Shown one piece after another: positions 7,712 to 15,695 of a stretch of DNA of 25,751 nt. The stretch comes from a virus (taxonomy: Duplodnaviria; Caudoviricetes). The stretch covers positions 1 to 25,751 of IMG/VR virus record IMGVR_UViG_3300027804_000205; one strand, 5' to 3'. The stretch's first letter is position 1. Each line of letters begins with the position of its first letter. The notes under the pieces were generated by a model. It was given only the letters and a program-made list of their open reading frames with translations, was not told where the DNA came from and did not search any database. The translations under genes were made by a program, and so were the position numbers.

Positions 7712-7974
7712 TGTCATCCCCAAGAGCATCCCAACTTGAGTCTATGTCAGGCTTGACCCCCACGGGTCGCATGTACATCAAGGCTCTGATTCAAGAAGCC
7801 ATTGCTGGAATTCCCCAGCAATCCCCGCAATCCAGCACATGCGAGCACTGTGCAACAATACAAACGTTGTCCGACACTGTCGCGTATCTCGAAAAACGCT
7901 ACAAGGAGGACGACAAGTTCACACTCACTAAGGCCAAATTGCTTATGTTCATCGAAGAACACGGGGTGAAATAA
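7711..7974 (+). CDS. Small hypothetical protein with CxxC and coiled coil
   Basis: GGAGGT RBS; overlaps both the portal stop and the next start; contains TCEHCATI. An alternative ATG is at 7708. Confidence 0.7.
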   Translation: MSSPRASQLESMSGLTPTGRMYIKALIQEAIAGIPQQSPQSSTCEHCATIQTLSDTVAYLEKRYKEDDKFTLTKAKLLMFIEEHGVK

Positions 7975-8483
7975 TGGCTTTTACCAGACCAAAAGGCGAG
8001 CAACTTGAACTTCGTTCATCAAGAACGGGAGTCCACGTCCTCGACACATACCTCGAAGCATGCGAAAAGGGTGACATCACCCTGCCAGCATTGCTCGACA
8101 AGATTTTCGATGCAACCGGCTCACTGAATCCAACGACCCTCCAGTTCAGGGTCAACGAAGCAACCGGCTATCTTCAGAGTCGCTTCGGAACTTTCACCGA
8201 TCCAAATGCCGGTTGGATCAACACCAATCAATACTTATTCCGCCAGATGGGGCAATACACCTCCGGCGAGTCCTACAATCGCCTCGACATGGTCGAGGAC
8301 GACGACAAGGTATGGGTTTGTCTATATTCTCATACAGGGGGCGCGGTTCTCGATCAGACGAAATGGTCAATGATCTTTGACGGCAACAAGTTGCTGGCAG
8401 AAGTTCAACTGTTCCGGGCAGAATCAGAACCTCGTTTGGATTTGCTTGAGGAATATGCCTTACTCGGAATTGACGTGCTTTAA
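7974..8483 (+). CDS. Virion structural protein; fibre-anchor-like N-terminus plus a CBM5/12-like module
   Basis: N-terminal part is visibly similar to the 17825 protein. YTSGESYNRLDMVEDDDKVWVCLYSH..W resembles small chitin-binding-type modules common in phage tail proteins. Confidence 0.65.
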   Translation: MAFTRPKGEQLELRSSRTGVHVLDTYLEACEKGDITLPALLDKIFDATGSLNPTTLQFRVNEATGYLQSRFGTFTDPNAGWINTNQYLFRQMGQYTSGESYNRLDMVEDDDKVWVCLYSHTGGAVLDQTKWSMIFDGNKLLAEVQLFRAESEPRLDLLEEYALLGIDVL

Positions 8484-8495
8484 GGAGAGCCAAAA

Positions 8496-10724
8496 ATGTC
8501 AACAGCATCGCTTCGCGAACTCGTAGAAACCATCAAGACCCGTGGCACGTCTCTAGCCGCAGCCACTGGCGCATCGTCCGCGACACCGCGTGACCTTGTC
8601 TATCTCTCGACAGCCGTTGAGCGCCTCATGGGCGCAGACGCTTTGCTCGAGTTAATTGACACTGCGGCAAGGCCAGCGGAGGTGATCCTTCAGCCCGCCC
8701 CCGGGACTGCGGTCATTACCCTGACAACTGACCAAGTTCAAAAAGAAGTCATTGTCGTCAAGCCAGATACGGGCACTTTCACCGCCTCCTTTGTGAGCGT
8801 CATTGCTCCGAATCGCGGCTGGTCTAGCGTTGTTGACAACCGCCTGACCATCCCCCTCCGCGTCAAAACTTCGACCCAATCTGACTATGTTCAGATTGCT
8901 GCTGGTCAGCGCGGTTGGCTCTACTGCGATGGAACCGATGTTGAATTTGTTGTCGACATTGCCGCCATCACTGCCGCACTCACCACCCCCATGACAACCA
9001 ACGGCGACATGGTGGTGTTTGCTGCTGGCGCGCAGGCTCGCCTTAGCGCTGGTGCAGAAGGCTCCATGCTGACAATCAAGAGCGGCGCTCCCTCTTGGCA
9101 GTTCTCCGGCGCAAAGCCGCATACCAGAATCCGCGCACTGAACAACAACTACGTTGGTCAGAACCCAGACCTCTCGGTCAACAAAGGCGGCAAATACACG
9201 CAGTCAGATGGCTCCCAAGCCTCAACGCCCACAACAATTTCAACAGTCCCGACCAACCGCCTTGGAAACTACATTGAGGATGCCACGACGTTCCCTGTTG
9301 CAGCCAATGCCGGAACTTGGGATGTTGTGCAAGAACCCGGATATTCATATCGCGGTGGCTCCGTAGTCGCATTTGATGGCGGATTTTGGGTTTGGGGTTC
9401 CCCATCAAATGGTCGAAATGGGGACATCAGTGGAACTGCTCGCATTCCTGTGCGCCCTCCACTGTTCAACTACACAAACGAAGGTATTGAGTTCTCCGAA
9501 GACGAAATGTTTGACATCAAGCAGGTCGTCTCAGCTTACGAATACACCGCCGTTGTGACAACAGACGGCACTGTTTATAGCTGTGGCTACGGTGTAAACG
9601 GACAGCAAGGTGACGGCGGCATTGTGAGTCGCTCCTTCTTCCGTAAAGTCGATTTCCCAATTGATGCTGGCCCAGTGCGTTATCTGCATGTTCAGTTCCA
9701 TGGCGCGAGCACCCTTTCCGTCTACGCACTCATGGAAGACGGAGATGTTTACTCTTGGGGCTACAACAACTATGGTCAGCTAGGCCATGGCGACACGACC
9801 AACCGTTTGACCCCCACAAAGATCACCGTTTTTAACCAAAACGTTCGATGTGTACGCACTGGCGGTTACCACGTTGCCTTCATCACCAATGATAATCAGC
9901 TTTACCTTTGCGGCCTGAACACCAGCGGTCAATGCGGCAACGGCACTGTAACCAACCTCTCTACTCCTACGCTGTGCAACATTGGCGGCGCGGTCGTAAA
10001 AGTTGCAATTTGTGGAGACTCTGCCAACGCCAACGGCTGGACGCTCGCCTTGCGTGCTGATGGTCGTTTGTATTCATTTGGTTACAACGGCTATGGTCAG
10101 TTGGGCGACAACTCTGCAACTTCTCGTTCTACTCCGACACAGGTGAACGTGATTGGCGTAGATACCAACAAACGCGTCATCGACTGCTGGTGCGGCGGTG
10201 GCGTTTACGGTTCGTCTGCCGCCCTGTGCGAAGACGGCACGTTCTACACATGGGGTCGAAACAACGTCGGCCTGCTTGGCTTGGGCGATACAACTGATCG
10301 CGCCGTCCCCGTCCTCAACCAAAAGGTTCAGTGGGTATCTGATGTTCAATGGGCTGGTCAGACCACCAGCACCAGCTACTACTACAACAACGTTATTGTC
10401 ATGGCACACGCCAGCAAGAATGACCGCATCAACCGCCGCAACGGCGCTGCCTTTACTGCTGGTCATCAAAACGTTTGCTTGGGTCGCCCGAACACGGCTT
10501 CTCCTCAGACTCAGTTTGGTCGAGTCGGTTTTGCAAATCGCTCTGGCAACCATCTCAGATATATTTCCGCTCAAGGCTATCACTCAGGCGCTACTGTTGA
10601 AAATGCTTGGATGGCTTTGGACGAAGAGGGCGTTGTCCACTGGGTTGGCTACGACGCTGGAAACTACATGTCGGGCCGTCCAGATGGCGCGAACACATAC
10701 AACGCAGTTCAAGTTTTGATTTAA
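8496..10724 (+). CDS. Tail fibre/receptor-binding protein with RCC1/BLIP-II-like beta-propeller
   Basis: AAGGAG RBS. Fibre shaft motif TTNGDMV....ARL..G..G..L.....P.W, then repeated RCC1 units (VYSWGYNNYGQLGHGDTTNRLTP, LYSFGYNGYGQLGDN, FYTWGRNNVGLLGLGDTTDRAVP). Confidence 0.85.
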   Translation: MSTASLRELVETIKTRGTSLAAATGASSATPRDLVYLSTAVERLMGADALLELIDTAARPAEVILQPAPGTAVITLTTDQVQKEVIVVKPDTGTFTASFVSVIAPNRGWSSVVDNRLTIPLRVKTSTQSDYVQIAAGQRGWLYCDGTDVEFVVDIAAITAALTTPMTTNGDMVVFAAGAQARLSAGAEGSMLTIKSGAPSWQFSGAKPHTRIRALNNNYVGQNPDLSVNKGGKYTQSDGSQASTPTTISTVPTNRLGNYIEDATTFPVAANAGTWDVVQEPGYSYRGGSVVAFDGGFWVWGSPSNGRNGDISGTARIPVRPPLFNYTNEGIEFSEDEMFDIKQVVSAYEYTAVVTTDGTVYSCGYGVNGQQGDGGIVSRSFFRKVDFPIDAGPVRYLHVQFHGASTLSVYALMEDGDVYSWGYNNYGQLGHGDTTNRLTPTKITVFNQNVRCVRTGGYHVAFITNDNQLYLCGLNTSGQCGNGTVTNLSTPTLCNIGGAVVKVAICGDSANANGWTLALRADGRLYSFGYNGYGQLGDNSATSRSTPTQVNVIGVDTNKRVIDCWCGGGVYGSSAALCEDGTFYTWGRNNVGLLGLGDTTDRAVPVLNQKVQWVSDVQWAGQTTSTSYYYNNVIVMAHASKNDRINRRNGAAFTAGHQNVCLGRPNTASPQTQFGRVGFANRSGNHLRYISAQGYHSGATVENAWMALDEEGVVHWVGYDAGNYMSGRPDGANTYNAVQVLI

Positions 10725-10735
10725 GGAGAGATCAA

Positions 10736-10993
10736 ATGGCAATTTATGGTTACAAGTCTCCGGATGGAAAAACTCATTGCAACCCGACTGACGATTTCAC
10801 GTCTCTTGGCATGAACGGAATCAATGGCAAATGCTATTTTTTCATTGAAGACGGCGTGCAAGTTCCAGAGCAGCCAGCAGAAATCAACTGGGGTGTTGTC
10901 ACGGATGAAGATGAACTCAGGTTGGTTGCAGAAGGATGCCCCGCATTCTTCAGAGACCGCGAAGCAACCAAGGCGCAAGTCGGTATTGCATAA
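10736..10993 (+). CDS. Small protein after fibre (85 aa; possible fibre chaperone)
   Basis: TAAGGAG RBS before ATG 10736 (MAIYGYKSPDG). The function is a positional guess. Confidence 0.7.
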   Translation: MAIYGYKSPDGKTHCNPTDDFTSLGMNGINGKCYFFIEDGVQVPEQPAEINWGVVTDEDELRLVAEGCPAFFRDREATKAQVGIA

Positions 10994-11003
10994 GGAGCGT
11001 TGA

Positions 11004-11597
11004 ATGAGTGACGGCTACAACGTGTTTAGCGGCGTGCCGTCTTCGGAGACAAAGCGCCGCGAGGAAGGGTACTCCTGCCTGCGGCGCTTGGCTTTTGTAA
11101 GACCAGCAAAGCCAGACACCGACAACGGTCAGGGTCTACCCAACTTCAGCGGCAATAGCTGCTGGTTCTATCCGTCTGCAAAGCACTTTGATGGTTGGCG
11201 AATCAACTACACGCCAGTCAGAAACGACAGCTTGATTCGCGTCATCTGCGGTGGATACATCTATCGCGACACAACCTATCAGCGCTACTCAATTGATTGC
11301 GAAGTAGACGGAAACGGAATCAACGTTTACTACAAGAGCGCATACGCCATGGAATCGTTCGACGAATACACATGGGACATGCCCTCTTGGGGCGCTGGAA
11401 AAACAAAGCAGGTGGCAATTCGCGCCGCAAGCTGGGACGGCAACACGGTAAACCTGCATCAAGGCGACAGCTATCAGTCGATGTTTGGCGGTCGTGTGGA
11501 CGCATACCTTCGACGCTTCACAATTGAAGAGTGGGAAAACACCGAACCCGGTCAGCCAGCCGTGATCGAGTGGGATGGCGCAAGACTGGACTTCTGA
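11004..11597 (+). CDS. Fibre-associated beta-rich protein, paralog A
   Basis: TAAGGAG RBS; aromatic-rich; shares motifs with the next gene. Confidence 0.75.
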   Translation: MSDGYNVFSGVPSSETKRREEGYSCLRRLAFVRPAKPDTDNGQGLPNFSGNSCWFYPSAKHFDGWRINYTPVRNDSLIRVICGGYIYRDTTYQRYSIDCEVDGNGINVYYKSAYAMESFDEYTWDMPSWGAGKTKQVAIRAASWDGNTVNLHQGDSYQSMFGGRVDAYLRRFTIEEWENTEPGQPAVIEWDGARLDF

Positions 11598-11598
11598 G

Positions 11599-12231
11599 AT
11601 GAACATAATTGGATCGCCAAAATTCAGCAATGTGACCAACGACCGGAAGACCCGGGTCGCTGGAAAACTATTGCGTCGAGTTTCTATGGTGATGAAGAAG
11701 CCGCGCCCAAGCATTGAGACGATCAGCAACAATTACGAACAACCAGACAATCCGGGCGCTACATTGCCTGATGGCATGTTCTTAAATTACACGCCAACAT
11801 CAGACGACAGCATCATTCGAGTCAAGGTCGGCTGCTACCTGTATCGCGGAGGCTCAGCCTCAGACGGAACATCAGTCAGGAATGACTACATGATGTTCCG
11901 TTACATGTGGCAGTTTGGCGATGAAGCAATGGACTACCAGTTTCATCGCGAATACGACTCTGATGGATACAGGTTTTTTAAGACGGAGATTCCGTCTTGG
12001 GGGAAAGGAAAGCAAAAGCCGATTCGCTGGCGAGTTGTGAACTACTCTGGATCGGGGTACTTCAGGACAAATATCTACTACAACAACGGGTTCACAGCCT
12101 CATGGAACCAGCGCTTTGACGGAGATAAATGTTTCTCCCTGATGCCTCAAATCTGCGTCGAAGAATACTCAGCAACCGAACCTTCAGAGAGTCCCGTCAT
12201 AGTATGGGATGCCAACAATGTGGACTATTAA
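11599..12231 (+). CDS. Fibre-associated beta-rich protein, paralog B
   Basis: ATG 11599 lies 1 nt after the previous stop. Shares NYTP...DS.IRV..G.Y.YR, PSWG.GK.K and EE....EP...VI.WD with paralog A. Confidence 0.75.
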   Translation: MNIIGSPKFSNVTNDRKTRVAGKLLRRVSMVMKKPRPSIETISNNYEQPDNPGATLPDGMFLNYTPTSDDSIIRVKVGCYLYRGGSASDGTSVRNDYMMFRYMWQFGDEAMDYQFHREYDSDGYRFFKTEIPSWGKGKQKPIRWRVVNYSGSGYFRTNIYYNNGFTASWNQRFDGDKCFSLMPQICVEEYSATEPSESPVIVWDANNVDY

Positions 12232-12232
12232 C

Positions 12233-12478
12233 ATGGAACTAGATGAGCAAAAACTACAAATTCTTCTGAAGCAAGCGGCTCAAGAGGGCGCTCGCGAAGC
12301 ATTGCGCGGCGTTGGCCTCCATGATGATGACGCAGGTAAAGACATTTCCGACCTCAGAGACCTGATAGATGGCTGGCGAGATGTGAGAAAAACCATCCTC
12401 GCAACCTTCGTGAAGTGGTTGACTCTCGGTATTCTGAGTATCATTGCTGTTGGTGCATATACCAAGTGGGGCAAATGA
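12233..12478 (+). CDS. DUF6127-like small membrane protein (putative holin)
   Basis: AA.EGA..AL..VGL....A..DI.DLR.L pattern followed by a single C-terminal transmembrane helix and basic end. Confidence 0.65.
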   Translation: MELDEQKLQILLKQAAQEGAREALRGVGLHDDDAGKDISDLRDLIDGWRDVRKTILATFVKWLTLGILSIIAVGAYTKWGK

Positions 12479-12771
12479 AACCTAAAGACGCTCTCAAGGC
12501 CATCATCGAACTGGAGAACAGTTCCGGATGGGCCTATGCCAAGCAGGCAATGCAAGACGACATCTTGCGTGCTGCTTACAACATTGCAGAGTCACCCAAC
12601 ATGACGTTGGAAGAAATCAATTTTCGGAGGGGAGCCATGTGGGCTGCTCGCCGATTGCTCGAGCTACCTACCGCTCTAAGACTTCGTCTTGAGAACGACG
12701 TGCTGATGGAAGCAGCAATGTCGAAAAACGAGAGTAGCATCACTGAACCGCCCGCTACGGCTGGCAATTAA
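12475..12771 (+). CDS. Small helical protein preceding scaffold (98 aa)
   Basis: ATGA overlap with the upstream gene (MKPKDALK). Similar in size and position to small pre-scaffold genes of podoviruses. Confidence 0.75.
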   Translation: MKPKDALKAIIELENSSGWAYAKQAMQDDILRAAYNIAESPNMTLEEINFRRGAMWAARRLLELPTALRLRLENDVLMEAAMSKNESSITEPPATAGN

Positions 12772-12789
12772 CGTCCGCTACGGCTGACA
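12750..12789 (+). promoter_or_regulatory. Twin UACG-tetraloop hairpins abutting the scaffold RBS
   Basis: Direct repeat CCGCTACGGCTG at 12752-12763 and 12775-12786. They fold as GCC-C-GC[TACG]GC-T-GGC and GTC-C-GC[TACG]GC-T-GAC, followed at once by AAGGAG. Confidence 0.7.
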
Positions 12790-12800
12790 AGGAGAAAAAA

Positions 12801-13892
12801 ATGGCAGTAGATCAACAGCAAGACCAAACGTTCATTGACGATGTTGTCAATCAAACGCTTGGCACGGTGCAACAGGGTATGCAACAGGCTCAGCAGCAGG
12901 ACGCTCAAGCGCGGCAGCAAGCGATGAATACCCCGGGTGCAGACCCCAAGAATCCACAAGAAAAACCGACCGCCATGGAAAAGGCGGCAGCGACTGCGTC
13001 ACCTCAGACTGAGGGAGACAAGTCGAACATGGAGGCCATGACCTTTATCGACGTTGACTTCGGAGACGGTCAAACCCGTCGTCTGTCTCCCAACCAGATC
13101 AAGGACACCTTCCAACGGTATCGCGATCTCAACTATCGCCATCAAACGCAAGTGGCTCCTAACCAGCAGTTGCTGGATATGGCCTCTCAAATTCAGGAAG
13201 CCGCAGCGCGGCAGGGTTACCAAGTTGGCCCCAATGAGGTTGTTCAGCTTATGACGACCGCCCTGAATGCCATGGTTCATAACGCCCAGATGGGCGGAAC
13301 CCCCACGCAGCCCACTCAAGTTGGCCTTCCCGTTCCTCACGACATGGAGATGGCTATGCAGCAGTGGGAGCAGGAGAACGCAATTTCTCTGCCTCCGGCC
13401 TATCGTCAGGCAGCCGCCCAAATGACGGCGCTCCAAAACGATAACACCCAGCTAAAGCAGATGATGATGCAGATTCTCCAGCAGGCTCAAGGTGTGCAAG
13501 GACAAGTTCAGCAGCAAGTGGTTGATGCACATCAGGCGCAGGTTCAAAACATGCGCTCGATGGCTGCCAACAACCTGAACAGCGCCCAGCAGAGGTATCA
13601 GCTTCCAGACGAGGCTGAGAACGACTTCTTCACCTACGCCTTCGAGCGGGGCTACACCATCGAGGACTTTGTCGACCCCGCCTTGACCGACAAGGTTGTG
13701 TCCGATTTCCGGAACAACATGAACTCGGGCGAAATGGAACGCTTGCGTATGATGGCTCAGCGCCGGACAGCATTCACTGGCAATATTGGCACACAGCCAG
13801 CCGCCGGTGGTCGCCCTCCTGCTGCTGACCAGAATCAAGCATTCATAGACTCTGTCACCCAAAGCATCATGAAGAAACGCAACATGGTGTAA
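12801..13892 (+). CDS. Capsid scaffolding protein
   Basis: AAGGAG RBS. Gln/Met/Ala-rich coiled-coil protein directly upstream of the major capsid gene, with an IDVDFGDG..R.L....Y segment of the kind seen in podovirus scaffolds. Confidence 0.8.
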   Translation: MAVDQQQDQTFIDDVVNQTLGTVQQGMQQAQQQDAQARQQAMNTPGADPKNPQEKPTAMEKAAATASPQTEGDKSNMEAMTFIDVDFGDGQTRRLSPNQIKDTFQRYRDLNYRHQTQVAPNQQLLDMASQIQEAAARQGYQVGPNEVVQLMTTALNAMVHNAQMGGTPTQPTQVGLPVPHDMEMAMQQWEQENAISLPPAYRQAAAQMTALQNDNTQLKQMMMQILQQAQGVQGQVQQQVVDAHQAQVQNMRSMAANNLNSAQQRYQLPDEAENDFFTYAFERGYTIEDFVDPALTDKVVSDFRNNMNSGEMERLRMMAQRRTAFTGNIGTQPAAGGRPPAADQNQAFIDSVTQSIMKKRNMV

Positions 13893-13895
13893 CAG

Positions 13896-13902
13896 GGACG
13901 AC
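13896..13902 (+). promoter_or_regulatory. GGACGAC intergenic motif, before major capsid
   Basis: 3 nt after the scaffold stop, with an A-rich -10-like tract about 18 nt downstream. Confidence 0.55.
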
Positions 13903-13928
13903 GGATTCTCACTTTTGGTAAAAAATTG

Positions 13929-14066
13929 TCTCATGTCCCACAGACGCTACGGCCTCACATGCGGGACATGAGATTGACGAGACGAGACCACAATGCTGCA
14001 CGCTAATTTGGTTGAAGTTGAGTCGAAAGACTGGAAACACGCAAACTAATGCCATCAACTTTTCAA
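13929..14066 (+). promoter_or_regulatory. Structured 5' leader of the major capsid gene
   Basis: Perfect 11-bp stem TCTCATGTCCC(13929-13939)/GGGACATGAGA(13963-13973) capped by GA-C-GC[TACG]GC-C-TC; AGTC[GAAA]GACT at 14021-14032; TTGAAGTTGA(14012-14021) complementary to TCAACTTTTCAA(14055-14066) next to the SD. Confidence 0.65.
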
Positions 14067-14078
14067 GGAGAAATCAAC

Positions 14079-15263
14079 ATGGCTGCTATCACCGGACTGC
14101 GTGGGACGGGTCAGTTTTCGGCTGACTTCCGACCCACCAACTATCGCGAACTGTTCACTCTTTTAGAGCCGAACGGTACTGCACCCCTGCAAGCTCTGCT
14201 TGCTATGGCTGGCTCTGAAGCCACCGATGACCCGAAGTTCAACCACTTCCGCGACGAACTGCCTAACCGCGTTCTGAAGGTCAACGATGCTGCTGGCTAC
14301 AACTCATCTGCCACAACCATCACGGTTGACAACAGCGACGACGAAGGCTTCGTGGTTGCTGGCACGCTGATCTACAACACCAAGACTGGTGAATTGATGC
14401 GCGCATCCGCTGATGCCAATACCGGCTCCAACACCATCACTGTTGAGCGTAATATTGGCGGCACTTCCTTCACCATTGCTGACAACGACGACCTTGTCAT
14501 TGCTGGCTTTGCTGATCAGGAAGGTGGCACTAGCCCCACCCCTGTGTCGTTCGATCCAACCACTGACTACAACTACACGCAGATTTTCAAAACTGCCGTG
14601 CAGATCAGTGGCACTTTGAAGAACACCTACTTGCGCACTGGCGACAAGGAGCAAGAGCAACTGACCAAGGCGCTCAAGCTGCACATGTCCGACATTGAGC
14701 GAGCCATGTTCTTCGGTCGTCGTCACGAGAAGAACGGCAGCACCGCAACTCCTACCCGCTTCACTGGCGGCCTGTTGAGCCAAATCACCAACGTCTACGA
14801 CGCTGCATCTGGCTTCGCAACTGCCAACAAGATCACGGAGAAAGAGTTCGACCGTCTGCTGATCGAGAACTTGTTCGCTTATGGCTCAACTGAAAAAGTT
14901 GCTTTCTGCGGCTCTCGCGTTATCTCCAACATGATGGAGATCGGCAAGAATCGTTGGCAGCCCACTCAGGTTGACAACGCCTACGGTGTCTCGTTCACTC
15001 GCTACACCACCTTCGCTGGCGACTTGCTCGTCTACATGCACCCCATGTTCCGTCAGATTCCAAACATGGAACAGACCATGGTTGTGCTGGATATGCCTAA
15101 CCTGAAGTATCGTTACCTCCAAGGTCGCGACACCCAGTTGCAGCGCGAAATCCAGAACAACGACTTCGACGGCATGAAGCACATGTACATGACTGAGTGC
15201 GGTTTGGAGATGCTCCAAGCCAAGCCTCACGCCATCGTGAAGAACTGGTCTGCTGTAAGCTGA
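14079..15263 (+). CDS. Major capsid protein (SU10/DUF5309-like, HK97 fold)
   Basis: AAGGAG RBS before ATG 14079; 394 aa. NYTQIF...V..SGT, Q..K.......DIE.A..FG and R.TGG motifs; followed by a terminator. Confidence 0.92.
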   Translation: MAAITGLRGTGQFSADFRPTNYRELFTLLEPNGTAPLQALLAMAGSEATDDPKFNHFRDELPNRVLKVNDAAGYNSSATTITVDNSDDEGFVVAGTLIYNTKTGELMRASADANTGSNTITVERNIGGTSFTIADNDDLVIAGFADQEGGTSPTPVSFDPTTDYNYTQIFKTAVQISGTLKNTYLRTGDKEQEQLTKALKLHMSDIERAMFFGRRHEKNGSTATPTRFTGGLLSQITNVYDAASGFATANKITEKEFDRLLIENLFAYGSTEKVAFCGSRVISNMMEIGKNRWQPTQVDNAYGVSFTRYTTFAGDLLVYMHPMFRQIPNMEQTMVVLDMPNLKYRYLQGRDTQLQREIQNNDFDGMKHMYMTECGLEMLQAKPHAIVKNWSAVS

Positions 15264-15265
15264 TC

Positions 15266-15272
15266 GGACGAC
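15266..15272 (+). promoter_or_regulatory. GGACGAC intergenic motif, after major capsid
   Basis: 2 nt after the capsid stop; AACAAT lies 19 nt downstream. Confidence 0.55.
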
Positions 15273-15297
15273 AGCCTCGGTAGTTCTAGGCAACAAT

Positions 15298-15333
15298 GGG
15301 CCGAGGAGGTATCCCACCCCCTCGGCCCTTTTT
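15298..15333 (+). terminator. Rho-independent terminator after major capsid gene
   Basis: GGGCCGAGG(15298-15306)/CCTCGGCCC(15320-15328) 9-bp stem followed by TTTTT. Confidence 0.9.
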
Positions 15334-15350
15334 ACTAAAAGGAGACTTAA

Positions 15351-15689
15351 ATGTCTGACAACGAAACCACCCAAGTCGAAGACTCTTCTGAGACGACAGA
15401 TAGAAATGAGCTTCGCAAGCGCGCAGCCAAAAAGGCTGAGGTCACGGAAGCTCAAAAGGCTGCTGCAACTGTTGTTGCCGTCTCAAAAGACCCCTCCAAG
15501 TACGCCTACTATGTAAGCTCCAAGCCAGAGAAAATCACATTCGACATTAAGGTCGCTGGAACTGACTACTCTCCCGCTTGGGACAAAGACAAAAAACATC
15601 TGTGCTGGCGCATACCCACAGAACTAGCTGAACGTTTTGAAATGCACTCGCATTTTGTGAGTGGACGCATCATCAAAGCAAAGGAGTAA
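15351..15689 (+). CDS. Hypothetical virion-associated protein (112 aa)
   Basis: AAGGAG RBS; lies between the capsid and adaptor genes. Confidence 0.75.
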   Translation: MSDNETTQVEDSSETTDRNELRKRAAKKAEVTEAQKAAATVVAVSKDPSKYAYYVSSKPEKITFDIKVAGTDYSPAWDKDKKHLCWRIPTELAERFEMHSHFVSGRIIKAKE

Positions 15690-15695
15690 TCCATC

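Noticed and set aside
11004-12231. Diversity-generating retroelement or invertible cassette
   Set aside because: No reverse transcriptase, no near-identical template/variable repeat pair, and no recombinase or flanking inverted repeats in the window.
2437-13965. Identical 11-mer TCACATGCGGG at 2437-2447 and 13955-13965
   Set aside because: Only two copies, in different structural contexts and opposite orientation relative to transcription; plausibly chance.
14012-14060. Resemblance of GTC-GAAA-GAC...ACGCAAA to a c-di-GMP-I riboswitch
   Set aside because: Lacks the upstream GGCAAAC element and the second receptor stem. An Rfam cmscan would be needed to settle it.
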